A stretch of DNA of 64,000 nt, taken from an uncultured Veillonellaceae bacterium. Lineage in GTDB: Bacteria > Bacillota > Negativicutes > JARBTT01. Made by a program: the position numbers and the translations under genes. The stretch spans positions 704,001 through 768,000 of the forward strand of contig CAWDTA010000002.1 of assembly GCA_963805085.1 (NCBI GenBank). The letters run 5' to 3'. The notes beneath the pieces are model-generated. The model did not search any database and was not told the DNA's origin. It saw nothing but the letters and a program-made list of their open reading frames with translations. The stretch's first letter is position 1. Each line of letters starts with the position of its first letter. Positions 40,035-50,941 of the stretch are shown here, one piece after another.

Positions 40035-41043
40035 TGCCAGACACCTCCTTAATTGCTGCATCTAGTTTATTTATGGAATTAGAAAAAGATATATACTCAG
40101 GGCAGATATCGTCGCAGCGTCCGCATCCAACGCACATATGATACCCGTTTCGTTTTTTGTAATCATACACTTTATGCAGTACTTTAAAACGCATTCGCTG
40201 TCCGTTTTTTTTGCGGTAGCAACCACCGCCTGCAACATCAGTAAAGCCATCCACCATACAAGATGCCAATACCCGGCGGCGTTCTCCAACTTTTCCGTTA
40301 TCTGTATAGAATATATCCTGCATAGTGAAGCAGGTACAGGTGGGGCAGACAAAATTGCAGCGTCCGCAGTTAATACAGCGACTGTCATACTCATCCCATA
40401 TTTTCGAGTTCGCAATATCCGGCGTGATTCCATCTGGTATATGAACATGCGTCTTATTTTCAGTTACATATGATGGAACTACATCAGGTGTTCTAATGCT
40501 ACAGGCAGTAAAGAGTGCTTTCCACGCATCATTATGATTATCCACATATATCTCGCCGTTCTTAATTTCAATGTAAGCATCATAATTATCGGTACGGTTA
40601 GTTCCCATATCGACACAAAAACAGTTTTCAAATGAATTCTGACAGCCAATTAAGATAAACTTTACTTTATCCCGCAGACGTTTATAATAGTAATCTTCAC
40701 AGCCGTTTTCAAGATAAATTGCATCCAGCCGTTTCACCGCATGAATATCGCAGCTGCGTAATAAGATAATTGTCCCTTTTGGGAGAAGCTCAGCTTCTTT
40801 TACCATGTCTTCGGTAAAAAAGAATAAAGTCTGCGACAGAGGCAGCAATATCTCCTTAAATGAATAATCTGATTTACGATCAAAAATAATTTCTTCAACT
40901 GTATGAATTTCTCCATAACTGATACGATCAGTATCTGAGAAACTTCCCCCATCCTTAAAAATCTTGGGAGCATAAACGATATATTCTTTTGACCATTCAT
41001 TTAATACCTGATTGAATCCATACTTATCTAGACAATAGCCCAT
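40021..41043 (-). CDS. asrA: Anaerobic sulfite reductase subunit A
   Basis: CINCGRCNFVCPTCTCF, CVGCGRCDDICP. Confidence 0.95.
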   Translation of the reverse strand: MGYCLDKYGFNQVLNEWSKEYIVYAPKIFKDGGSFSDTDRISYGEIHTVEEIIFDRKSDYSFKEILLPLSQTLFFFTEDMVKEAELLPKGTIILLRSCDIHAVKRLDAIYLENGCEDYYYKRLRDKVKFILIGCQNSFENCFCVDMGTNRTDNYDAYIEIKNGEIYVDNHNDAWKALFTACSIRTPDVVPSYVTENKTHVHIPDGITPDIANSKIWDEYDSRCINCGRCNFVCPTCTCFTMQDIFYTDNGKVGERRRVLASCMVDGFTDVAGGGCYRKKNGQRMRFKVLHKVYDYKKRNGYHMCVGCGRCDDICPEYISFSNSINKLDAAIKEVSGNAVK

Positions 41044-41210
41044 GTTTACACCTCTTTCTCTTTTGATGTGACGTAGTTATGGAATGTCAATGAAAGAAAT
41101 TGCATCAACTATATTCTCTAACGTGACAAGAGTGATGTTAGAGAAACATCCTTTTTTCCATATACATAAGAAAATTCTCCTTGTTCAAATTTTTTTATCT
41201 TATTATATAA

Positions 41211-41254
41211 ATTATATAATAAGATAAAAAAAACTGCCGTGATAGCACTCACGG
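41211..41254 (-). promoter_or_regulatory. Crp/Fnr-type site with class II promoter geometry for the asr operon
   Basis: CCGTGA-N6-TCACGG at 41237-41254, centred about 41.5 bp upstream of a +1 predicted from TATAAT (41216-41211). Confidence 0.6.
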
Positions 41255-41941
41255 TAGCTTAAAATATTTTGATAATTCATCGCGGTCTTTTATCGTAATT
41301 TTGCCGTCATGCATCCTAATCAATCCTCGTCTAACCAAATCTTTTAACTGACGCGAAACAGTCTCGCGTTTAGAACCCAACATGTCTGCAAGATAGGTAA
41401 TACTTAAATCCAAATTGATTTTAGTTCCATCTTCACAAAGAACTCCGTAATCGCTGGATAGTTTCCATAGTTTGGCAGCAATGCGCTTATCTCCGCGCAC
41501 AGAATTGGAGGTATTTTTTAGTTGCCGATAAAGCTGTCTCACTTTTATGGAGAGGGAATCTAAAACGATTTTGGTAAGTGCAAAATCATTCTCCATAACG
41601 CGCAGAAAGTCTGTTTTATCAAAGCAGACAATTTGTGCGTCATCAAATGCTTCGCAATTGATTGAAGCAGGGAGACCCTGCAAAATCACCTCATTTATAA
41701 GCTTTCCTTGGTCTAAAATAAAAATGACTTTTTTCTCCCCATGAGAGTTGACTTTATAGAGTGAAACAAGACCGCTTACAACAATATAAACCATCTCCAC
41801 TGGTTCTTTATCAAGAAATAAATGTTCCCCCTTAGATAGGCAACGCATCGTTCCACAGGATGACAAAGCTGTAATAGAATTGGGGGTTACTTGCCGGAAT
41901 ACTTCAAGAGGTGCAAGTGCCTCGCTTATACTTTTATTCAT
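41249..41941 (-). CDS. Crp/Fnr family transcriptional regulator
   Basis: cNMP-binding fold plus HTH LADMLGSKRETVSR. Confidence 0.92.
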   Translation of the reverse strand: MNKSISEALAPLEVFRQVTPNSITALSSCGTMRCLSKGEHLFLDKEPVEMVYIVVSGLVSLYKVNSHGEKKVIFILDQGKLINEVILQGLPASINCEAFDDAQIVCFDKTDFLRVMENDFALTKIVLDSLSIKVRQLYRQLKNTSNSVRGDKRIAAKLWKLSSDYGVLCEDGTKINLDLSITYLADMLGSKRETVSRQLKDLVRRGLIRMHDGKITIKDRDELSKYFKLP

Positions 41942-41986
41942 AATCATCACCAATGTCTCTATTGATTTCGAAGCAACTTAAAACTG

Positions 41987-42460
41987 CTATTCTCCAATAA
42001 CTTTCCCTTTAAACACAAAGGTCCTATAACATTTCCAATTAACTTTATTAAACACTGGGTTCTCATAATACCGTCGTAGCCCATTTATATCAAGGATAAT
42101 AATCCGCCGTTCATCTCCTCCTAGCACTTTGCCTTTTTTCATAACACTGAACACGCGACTTACAGTCTCCCTAGTGGTTCTCGCTAAATTAGCAATATCC
42201 TTCCTAGTAATGTCAAGGTCTAGCCCACGGCAGCTTTCTCTACCATGACGACGAGTCAAGCTCTCTACTTCCTTGGTTATTTTTGCGTAACTGCCGGAAA
42301 ACGCAAGTGATTTCACCTTTTTCTGAATGAACATCAGTTTTTTGCTCATAACCTGAATGACGCTCATAGCAACCCGAGGATGATTGATAATTACCGTTTC
42401 AAGTTCACTAAAGTGTTTGAAAGAAAATACATAAAAACCGACGTTGTAAGGATAATCCAA
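41987..42460 (-). pseudogene. Crp/Fnr regulator C-terminal fragment
   Basis: ITRKDIANLARTTRETVSR HTH without an intact N-terminal domain. Confidence 0.7.
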
Positions 42461-42702
42461 GAATGAATCGCAAACAAAATCCAGGAACTAAAACAAGAAT
42501 AAACTTAGCATAGAGCGGATGTCGACAAAATGCATAAAATCCTTCTCGATAAAGAAAACCCAACTTATATATTGTAAAAATCAAGCGAATTGGACTCTTT
42601 TACTCACATCACTTTATATGCTGCTACCATAATGAAAAAATATTGAAATAAGTCCGTATCACCTTTTTTGCGTGCTACGGACTTATTTTTTTGGATTGCT
42701 AA

Positions 42703-42969
42703 TCAATCACTTATTTTTTCTATTTTAAATATGTTTATAACCTTTGGGTCCGGACAACAAAATACACCTGTGTCGCCTTCTTCACCTGGAATACTGCCGC
42801 CATATCTTAAAATATCGATATACGGAAATGCTACATGCAAAGCCATTGGGCACATAGCACCTCTTTCTGTATCAAAATTAAACGTATCGCCAATTTTGTG
42901 ATTATAATGACATACTCCACTCTCTTTTTTCTCTATTAGGGTTAATTTTATCCTAGGTTTTCTTCCCAT
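42703..42969 (-). CDS. TIGR04076-like Cys-rich small protein
   Basis: GVCHYNHKIGD, MCPMA, CCPDP pattern; RBS GGAAGGG. Confidence 0.75.
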   Translation of the reverse strand: MGRKPRIKLTLIEKKESGVCHYNHKIGDTFNFDTERGAMCPMALHVAFPYIDILRYGGSIPGEEGDTGVFCCPDPKVINIFKIEKISD

Positions 42970-43009
42970 ACTATTACTGCCCCTTCCAATTAATTAAGTC
43001 AATGTAAAC

Positions 43010-43348
43010 TCACTTTAATAGAGGATATAACGATAAATCTTCCTTTCTGATTCTTTCATTAAGTGCAGAAAAACCTTTCTTTGATTCAAGCAAAAAGGGC
43101 ACAGCATCTTCGGTAATCTTACTTGCACCTAAATATTTTATTTTATATTCATCAAAGACCTTTGCTAACTCACCCATTTCATTGACAAAGGCTTCAGCAG
43201 CAGTTCTGATTTTAATATCTTGATGCCTACTAAAAACCGGATAAACAAATTTATCTTCCGATGCTATTAGTGGGATTTCCAAATCTAGTATACCGGTATC
43301 CGGCCTCAGCGTCAGAAAAGATTCTTCCACCTTGCTCGGCTGAATCAA
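43010..43348 (-). pseudogene. Degenerate hemerythrin-domain protein fragment
   Basis: SEDKFVYP and RIRKEDLSLYPL motifs; His ligands and N-terminus missing. Confidence 0.5.
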
Positions 43349-43744
43349 GCAGGAAGGTTGCGGTTCGATAAATCAACGTAGCAGTTGAACCTGTAATATT
43401 CTTTTTATTTCTAGCATGTATCGTGTTCAATCAGAGTTGTGAAGAAAGTCGCGGCCGTAGTTTCGTAAGCACTGACTTCATAGATTTCCTTCAATTTTCT
43501 CATCCCCTTCCGGGTTCTCTAGCATCATTCGTGAATTACAGCGCACGGTCCATGTTGCCCATACTGCAAAAAAACGCTGTTCGTCCGCACGAGGGGTGCT
43601 ATCTTATTTCAATATTGATACGACCTACTTCTAACTATGATATAAAAAAAACATTTATTTGTCTGTGAACCGAATTATGATTTAGTTATACAAACTGGAG
43701 TACATACAGTTTCAAATAGCGAGGAGGAAACCATAATGAGTCAA

Positions 43745-44143
43745 TTATTTCTCAATCAGGCGCTGATGAAATATGCAAGCCTTGGTACAGGAGTGCATAA
43801 CCTGATCAAACGGCAAAAATAAGATTTTTGCGTTCGCCGCAGCAAAAAAAGTTACCGTAGAGAGAATTCTGCTGTCGCAGGCAAACGTTTCACCGAATAA
43901 TTCTGTCTTTCTTATAAATACAAGTATGCTCTTATTTCCCCATAAATCTTCTTTGATCATATGCACCATACCGTCTAAAACGATGCCGACGCATTTCATG
44001 GGCTCACCGGAAAGCGATATGAACTCGCCCTTATTGTACGTTTTCACATAACTGCCAATACAGTCCAACATAACCTCAAAATCTTCTTCTTTGATACCCG
44101 CGAAAAGCGTCATACTAGAGATTGTGCTAATATACTCCTTCAT
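43745..44143 (-). pseudogene. Crp/Fnr regulator N-terminal fragment
   Basis: cNMP-domain (GIVLDG, LFGETFAC) ending before the HTH. Confidence 0.75.
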
Positions 44144-44302
44144 GTTACCACCTCAAAGCAATTATAACGGAGCAATACGCACGTTACAACTGTAACCTTT
44201 ATCCCTTGATTAAGCTTCAGGAGGCGTAAAAATACCCGCTGCAGTAAATCTTCATTAATCGCTATACAGTTCCGCCAATACGGCGGTGTGCCAAGCAGAC
44301 AA

Positions 44303-45046
44303 TCAAAACCACCCGTCCAACGGGTGGTTTGAACTGAGGCTGTAAGCCTCTATTACTAGCCAGCGTCTAAAGGCGCTGGCTTTCACTTTGTTCAAGCCAC
44401 TGTGGTTTTGTCATTTTTACTATCCCTCAAGGGATATTTGTACTATTTTACTTTTTACCCTTAAAAGGGTCTTCATATTCTCTAACACTTAATTTATCTA
44501 GTGCCTGATCATGTTTTTCTTGCTCTTGTATATATTTTTTTATAGTGGCTTCATTCAATCCTACTGTACTTACATAATATCCTTCTGCCCAAAAATGTCT
44601 GTTCCCATATTTATACTTTAGGTTACTATGCTTTTCGAATATCATCAGTGCACTTTTTCCTTTTAAGTATCCCATAAATGCAGATACACTAATTTTCGGT
44701 GGTATTGACACTAACATATGCACATGGTCTACCATCAAATGCCCCTCTAATATTTCTACCCCCTTGTAACTACATAATCTCCTTAATATTTCCCCTATAC
44801 TTTCTCTGTATTGCCCATATATTATTTTTCTTCTATACTTCGGCGTAAATACTATATGATACTTGCACATCCATTTGGTATGTGCTAAACTTTGAGCCAT
44901 AAACTCACCGATCCTTTCTTGTAATAGTGGCCTGAACACCCTCTATTATAAGAATCCGGTGAGTTTTTGTATAACTTCTGTCGCGCACCTGCATAGCAGG
45001 TGGTTTTTTGTTTCGTTCGCTTCGCTACCTCAACAGACTAAAGTCT
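44303..45046 (-). mobile_element. IS200-family insertion sequence
   Basis: tnpA with subterminal hairpins; leader hairpin AAACTCACCG...CGGTGAGTTT masks the RBS; ends approximate. Confidence 0.88.
44448..44900 (-). CDS. tnpA: IS200/IS605 transposase TnpA
   Basis: YHIVFTPKYRR, DHVHML (HUH), KGKS, FWAEGYY, IKKYI. Confidence 0.95.
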   Translation of the reverse strand: MAQSLAHTKWMCKYHIVFTPKYRRKIIYGQYRESIGEILRRLCSYKGVEILEGHLMVDHVHMLVSIPPKISVSAFMGYLKGKSALMIFEKHSNLKYKYGNRHFWAEGYYVSTVGLNEATIKKYIQEQEKHDQALDKLSVREYEDPFKGKK

Positions 45047-45258
45047 AAAATAACACATAAATAAAAAGGCCACGGATTTTTATTTATGCTGACTTTTTCC
45101 TGAATCCATGCCTATATCATTTATCCAGCAAGGTGCGTTTAGCTATTTTGGGGGCTTGCCCGAAAGGTGCTCGACGTTTATCTTGATAACTTTGTTTTTT
45201 TTCGCTTGCGTTTTTGATAACACTTGCCTTCACCGCGAGAATTTTAGGGCTTGCTTAG

Positions 45259-45318
45259 AAAAAACAAAAATGCTACTAACTCCGTTTTAAAGTTAGCTGC
45301 ATTTTTTGTTTTTTTTAT
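45259..45318. terminator. Bidirectional terminator (ancestral feoB/xylB)
   Basis: AAAAACAAAAATGC...GCATTTTTTGTTTTT directly after the displaced feoB stop. Confidence 0.7.
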
Positions 45319-46838
45319 AATTGAGCCAATTGATGATACTGCTCTTTTAAACTTTGATAAATCGACTGATATAATTTTTGACCTTTTTCATAATAAGCGC
45401 GATTTTGCGGAATCGGCTGGCAATAGTCTTTAGTACAAACAAAACGTTCACAGGCTTCTTCAACACTGGAAAATAGTCCTGCACCAACCCCAGCAAGAAT
45501 TGCTACCCCAAGCGCTGGTCCTTCTTGTGCGGCTACAGTCTTAACTTCACAACCGTACATATCCGCGAGCATCTGCCGCCAGATCGGACTTTTGCCACCA
45601 CCACCACAGGCCATCATTTCATTTACTTGAATTCCCATTTCGATAAGAATATCATTGCAGTCTTTAAGCGAATAAGATACGCCTTCCATTACAGCGCGAA
45701 TGAGATCTTCCTTGGTATGCATTGCAGAAAGGCCAAAAAATACACCACGACATTCTGGATTTAAATGAGGCGTCCGTTCTCCCATAAGATACGGCAAATA
45801 CATGAGACGGTTACTTCCGATTGGTACCTTTTGTACAGCCGCATTCATTAGATCGTATGGATCGACTCGTTTTATTGCAGCCTGTTCTTTATAGTCACTA
45901 CAAAAGTTATCACGGAACCATTTCAGTGACAGCCCCGCAGCTTGCGTAACGCCCATCACATGCCAGCAGCCTGGAACCGCACAACAAAACGTATGCACCC
46001 GCCCCTTTGGATCAATTTTCACCTGGCTGCTATGTGCAAATACAACCCCACTCGTACCAATCGTTGTAAATGCACGGCCATCTTTAACAATACCCGTACC
46101 AATCGCCGCCGCTGCATTATCACCAGCTCCACCAACCACAACAGTCGCAGTCGAAAGGCCCGTTTTATCGGCAATTTCCTTTGTAATCGAACCCGTAACC
46201 TCTGGTGATTCATAAACCTTAGCCAACAAACATTTATCGATTGCAAGTTTTTCGAGAACTTCATCTGACCAACAGCGCTTTGGAATATCAAGCAGCTGCA
46301 TACCACTCGCATCCGAAACTTCTGTTGCATATTGACCGGTTAATTTAAAACGAATATAATCCTTCGGTAAAAGAATATGCCTGCATTTTGCATAATTTTC
46401 TGGCTCGTGATTTCGCACCCACAGAATTTTTGATGCTGTAAACCCAGTCAATGCTGGATTTGCTGTGATCTCGATCAACCGCTTAGCACCAACTTTTTCT
46501 GTAATTTCCGCACATTCAGCAGCCGTTCGCTGATCGCACCAAATAATCGATGGGCGAATGACCGCGTTATTCTCATCAAGCATAACGAGTCCATGCATTT
46601 GGCCAGAAAGACCAATGCCTTTGACATCCGCACCACGTACGCCTGCCTTTTGTAACACCTCTTGCAGCGTACTAATTGTTGCTTCATACCAATTCGCTGG
46701 ATCTTGTTCTGCCCAGCCATTTTGCGGCTGATATAGCGGATAATCCCGCGATGATGCCGCTATTATAGTGCATGATTCATCAAAAAGTACCGTTTTCGTC
46801 GCTGAAGTTCCGATGTCAATCCCGATTAAATAGTTCAT
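45315..46838 (-). CDS. xylB: Xylulokinase
   Basis: GIDIGTS, GLSGQMHG, WCDQR, PYLMGERTP. Confidence 0.93.
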   Translation of the reverse strand: MNYLIGIDIGTSATKTVLFDESCTIIAASSRDYPLYQPQNGWAEQDPANWYEATISTLQEVLQKAGVRGADVKGIGLSGQMHGLVMLDENNAVIRPSIIWCDQRTAAECAEITEKVGAKRLIEITANPALTGFTASKILWVRNHEPENYAKCRHILLPKDYIRFKLTGQYATEVSDASGMQLLDIPKRCWSDEVLEKLAIDKCLLAKVYESPEVTGSITKEIADKTGLSTATVVVGGAGDNAAAAIGTGIVKDGRAFTTIGTSGVVFAHSSQVKIDPKGRVHTFCCAVPGCWHVMGVTQAAGLSLKWFRDNFCSDYKEQAAIKRVDPYDLMNAAVQKVPIGSNRLMYLPYLMGERTPHLNPECRGVFFGLSAMHTKEDLIRAVMEGVSYSLKDCNDILIEMGIQVNEMMACGGGGKSPIWRQMLADMYGCEVKTVAAQEGPALGVAILAGVGAGLFSSVEEACERFVCTKDYCQPIPQNRAYYEKGQKLYQSIYQSLKEQYHQLAQL

Positions 46839-46896
46839 TTTTCACCAGCTCCATTTCAAAAAAATTTAATTTAAAGCAGTCTATAAACTTTTATTT

Positions 46897-47922
46897 TCAA
46901 TTAATATTTTCTAATATCTTAATTTCATTTTTTAAAATATGTTGCACTTTAGTTGGTTGTAATCCATTCACCAAATAATTAAATACTACATCAACCGATT
47001 TATGACCTTGGGAATAAGGATGCTGATAAATCGTTGCCTGAATGATCTGTTTTTTTAGCATCTCTACTGTCGTAGGCACGCTATCAAAAGAAATGATTGT
47101 CAATTTACTTTGCAGTCCTAACGATAATACAGCCCTGCAAACACCATAAACTCCACCAGCAACAATAAAAATTGCATTGATTTTAGGATGTTTCACTAAC
47201 ATTTCTTTCGTTATCTCAAATGCCAAAATATCATCATCATCATTTTCTACATAATCCACAATATGTAATTCTGGATATTTCTGCTTCATCACATGCTTAA
47301 AGCCCTCCACTCGTTGTTGATGTCCCAACGCTTTGAACGAACCCGTAACAATGCCAATTTCTGCTTGACCTCTTGTCAACAATCCCATAATTCCACAGGC
47401 CGTTTCACCGCCATTGAAGTAATTACTTCCAACATAACAAGCACGGCGACTATTTTCTATGTCATTATTTAAAGTTACGACAAAAATGCCAGATTCTACG
47501 AGTTCATCAATCTTAGCTTTAATCCTTTCATCACTGATAGGATTTAAGATTAACGCATTGATTTCACCTTTCATTGCGTCAATGATTTTACATTGTTTCT
47601 CAACATCATAGCCCTTCATGCTCTTTAACTCGATTTTCATACCGTAAACACTATACTCTTTTTCTGCTGCGCGGATTCCACGGATAACATCATCAAAAAA
47701 TGGATTTCCCTCCGCTACAAGCAAAACACCAATCACAAGATTTTTTCTTTTCGCCGAAAGCGCTCGTCCAGCTGGATTTGGTTTATAACCAAGCTCACTG
47801 GCAACTTTTTTTACTAATTCTTCTGTTTGTGATTTTACTTTTCCACGATCATTGAGTACTCGATCAACGGTTCCCCTTGAAACACCACAAATTTCTGCTA
47901 TTTTTTTAATTGTTATTGTCAT
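46897..47922 (-). CDS. LacI-family regulator with sugar-binding domain
   Basis: TIKKIAEICGVSRGTVDRVLN HTH. Confidence 0.92.
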   Translation of the reverse strand: MTITIKKIAEICGVSRGTVDRVLNDRGKVKSQTEELVKKVASELGYKPNPAGRALSAKRKNLVIGVLLVAEGNPFFDDVIRGIRAAEKEYSVYGMKIELKSMKGYDVEKQCKIIDAMKGEINALILNPISDERIKAKIDELVESGIFVVTLNNDIENSRRACYVGSNYFNGGETACGIMGLLTRGQAEIGIVTGSFKALGHQQRVEGFKHVMKQKYPELHIVDYVENDDDDILAFEITKEMLVKHPKINAIFIVAGGVYGVCRAVLSLGLQSKLTIISFDSVPTTVEMLKKQIIQATIYQHPYSQGHKSVDVVFNYLVNGLQPTKVQHILKNEIKILENIN

Positions 47923-47989
47923 TTTTATTTATCCTTAATCTATACTAAAATCACTTTTCACAACATCTCCATTAATTGATATCATCCTA

Positions 47990-49210
47990 TCATTTCTTTG
48001 CTTGGTTGTAAATGTCAAAACCCACTGCGATCAAAAGTACAAGCCCTTTGATTCCCATCTGCCAGTCGATACCAATCCCCATAATGGACATACCATTATT
48101 CAAAACCCCCATAACAAGCCCACCAACAATTGCTCCTACAATCGTTCCGACCCCGCCTGTTGCCGATGCACCACCGATATAACAAGCCGCAATTGCATCA
48201 AGTTCAAAACCATTACCAGCGGTTGGTCCTGCACAATTAAGCCGCGCTGAAAAGACCAATCCAGCAATTGCAGCCAACAGTCCCATATTAACAAAAACAA
48301 GGAATCTTATCCACTTTGTCTTAATACCAGAGAGCTGTGTTGCTCGTTCATTTCCGCCTAATGCATAAATATGCCGCCCTAACACAGTTCTATGTGTCAC
48401 AAAAGAATAGATTATAATCAAGGCTGCGAGTAGTAGCAAAATGATTGGCATGCCCTTAAATTGATTCAACCAATAGGCTGCATATAAGCAAACAAATGTG
48501 ACTAAACTTAGTTTCGCTATAAAAGCTTCTTTACTACTCACTTTCACTCCATATTGCATATATTGTTTGCGTGCATTTATTTCTGATATTACATAGCAAA
48601 TAGCAACGATAATCCCGACAAGCATCGTGCTATAGGGAATAGCGCCAATCAGCGGAATATCAGATAAAAACTTTTGCGCTACAAACTGATAAGACTCTGG
48701 AAATGGTGACAATGTATTTCCATCAAGAATAACCATCGTTGCTCCACGAAAAAGAAGCATGCCTGCCAAAGTTACAATAAAGGATGGAACCTTAGCAAAC
48801 GCAACCCAAAAGCCTTGCCAAGCTCCAATTAAAAGCCCCACAACCAAACAAACAACAATGGTTAGTCCAACTGACATATTCATGGAAATGAGCATTGTCC
48901 CCGCAATAGCGCCAACTACGGCAATGACCGAGCCAACAGACAGATCAATATCTCCAGTCAAAATACAGGGTAACATTCCTATTGCCAGAATTAAAATATA
49001 ACTATTTTGCATGATAAGTTTGGATACATTCATTGGTGCAAGTAAAATTCCTTGTGTAAGCCACTGAAATAGCAGCGCAATAACAATAAGGGCAATAAAC
49101 ATCGCATATTTTCGAATTGCCATTTGAATTATGCTTTTCTTAAATACACTACTAAAAGGATTGGTATCGGTAGTTTGATGATGAATTCCAACGGTACCTT
49201 TGCTCAACAT
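47990..49210 (-). CDS. mmsB: Multiple monosaccharide ABC transporter permease (GguB/MmsB type)
   Basis: DIDLSVGS, FIVTLAGM, ELDAIAACYIGG. Confidence 0.88.
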   Translation of the reverse strand: MLSKGTVGIHHQTTDTNPFSSVFKKSIIQMAIRKYAMFIALIVIALLFQWLTQGILLAPMNVSKLIMQNSYILILAIGMLPCILTGDIDLSVGSVIAVVGAIAGTMLISMNMSVGLTIVVCLVVGLLIGAWQGFWVAFAKVPSFIVTLAGMLLFRGATMVILDGNTLSPFPESYQFVAQKFLSDIPLIGAIPYSTMLVGIIVAICYVISEINARKQYMQYGVKVSSKEAFIAKLSLVTFVCLYAAYWLNQFKGMPIILLLLAALIIIYSFVTHRTVLGRHIYALGGNERATQLSGIKTKWIRFLVFVNMGLLAAIAGLVFSARLNCAGPTAGNGFELDAIAACYIGGASATGGVGTIVGAIVGGLVMGVLNNGMSIMGIGIDWQMGIKGLVLLIAVGFDIYNQAKK

Positions 49211-49223
49211 TATATCATTCCCC

Positions 49224-50756
49224 CTAGTTATTACTTTGCATAATGCACTTCATAATACTCTCTTGAGATGCGTCAGCTTTGGCAAGCTCGCCTACAAAAC
49301 GCCCCTCATTCATTACATAAATCCGATCACTGATACCCAGTACTTCTGTCAACTCAGAGGATATAACAATCACCGACTTTCCTTGTGCTGCCAAATCATT
49401 GATAATACAATAAACTTCATATTTTGCTCCAACATCGATCCCTCTTGTTGGTTCATCAAGGATAAGTACATCTGGATTAGCATAAATCCATCTGGCAAGC
49501 ATAACTTTCTGTTGATTGCCACCCGATAGATTTCCAGTATTTTGATAAATTCCCGGTGCCTTTATTTTCAGCCGCGTCAAATATTCTTCTGACACCTTTA
49601 CTTCTTCATTTTCATTTACTACACCATGCGCCGAAAGTTTCTCTAAACTCGGCAAGGTTGTGTTAACCCTGATATCATTAATTAAAATAAGTCCTTGTTT
49701 TTTTCTATCCTCCGTAACATACGCTATGCCATTCTGAATCGCATCAGATACACATTTTATCTGAAGCTCTTTACCATCTTTCATCATTACCCCGGAAATA
49801 TCAGTACCATAAGATCGCCCAAAAATACTCATTGCAAGCTCTGTTCTCCCGGCTCCCATTAGACCAGCTATCCCAACAACTTCACCTTTTCTTACATTAA
49901 AGCTCACATCGTTGACTGCAAGTTTCTCTAAAATTTCTGGAGAATGAACCGTCCAATTTTTCACTTCAAAGCAAACATCACCAAGATGACTTTCCCTCAT
50001 TGGATAACGATGGGTGATATCACGACCAACCATCCCGCGAATAATTCTATCTTCTGTAATCTTTTCAACATGGGTATCAATCGTTTCAATCGTCATCCCA
50101 TCACGAACTACTGTGATTTTATCCGCTACTTTCGTCACTTCATTTAATTTATGTGAAATAATAATTGCCGACATATTACAATCTTCACGTAATCTTAATA
50201 ATAGTTCTAAAAGTTTTTCACTATCCGCATCATTTAAGGCTGCCGTCGGCTCATCAAGAATCAGCAGCCTTACATTCTTGGATAAAGCCTTCGCAATCTC
50301 TACAAGCTGCTGTTTGCCAACACCAATTTGATTGATCGGCGTATCTGGATCTTCTTGCAGACCGACAGTTTCCATAAGTTTCATCGCGTCAAAGCGACAT
50401 TTCCCCCAATTTACGATGCCATGGCTGGCTCTTTCATTACCTAAAAAAATATTCTCTTTAATTGATAAATAAGGAATCAGCGCTAATTCTTGATGAATAA
50501 TTACGATTCCTTCATTTTCGCTTTCTCTTATATTTTGGAATTTGCATTCTTTATCATCATAAATAATATCTCCGGTATAAGTACCGTATGGATATACCCC
50601 ACTCAGAACATTCATCAACGTTGACTTTCCTGCACCATTTTCTCCAACAAGTGCATGAATCGTTTTTTCTTCTACCTTAAGCTGTACATTATTCAAAGCC
50701 TTTACGCCAGGAAATTCCTTTGTAATTTGTCGCATCTCCAATAAGACCTTGCTCAT
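49224..50756 (-). CDS. mmsA: Multiple monosaccharide ABC transporter ATPase (GguA/MmsA type)
   Basis: [28 protein letters not shown]. Confidence 0.9.
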   Translation of the reverse strand: MSKVLLEMRQITKEFPGVKALNNVQLKVEEKTIHALVGENGAGKSTLMNVLSGVYPYGTYTGDIIYDDKECKFQNIRESENEGIVIIHQELALIPYLSIKENIFLGNERASHGIVNWGKCRFDAMKLMETVGLQEDPDTPINQIGVGKQQLVEIAKALSKNVRLLILDEPTAALNDADSEKLLELLLRLREDCNMSAIIISHKLNEVTKVADKITVVRDGMTIETIDTHVEKITEDRIIRGMVGRDITHRYPMRESHLGDVCFEVKNWTVHSPEILEKLAVNDVSFNVRKGEVVGIAGLMGAGRTELAMSIFGRSYGTDISGVMMKDGKELQIKCVSDAIQNGIAYVTEDRKKQGLILINDIRVNTTLPSLEKLSAHGVVNENEEVKVSEEYLTRLKIKAPGIYQNTGNLSGGNQQKVMLARWIYANPDVLILDEPTRGIDVGAKYEVYCIINDLAAQGKSVIVISSELTEVLGISDRIYVMNEGRFVGELAKADASQESIMKCIMQSNN

Positions 50757-50941
50757 TTTAGTGTTTCCTCCTGCCTGCTGAATGTACATAAGTAATGGAT
50801 ATCAGCGCAGGTGCCCCGCACCGCTATCCCTACTCATTCACTGCTTATCTCTATATAACGAATTAATACCATATGAAAATCGTCAGAAAGGGACTAACCC
50901 TATAGCCCCCTTCTGGCAGACTGATAATTGGTATCAATTCT

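Larger units (their letters stand above)
37907..45258. mobile_element. Degenerate island integrated at the feoB 3' end, carrying asrABC
   Basis: 40-bp direct repeat 37907-37946 / 45219-45258 (37/40) encoding the last FeoB codons and stop. Confidence 0.75.

Noticed and set aside
45108-45290. 60-aa ORF near the distal att site as an integrase remnant
   Set aside because: No recombinase motifs recognised
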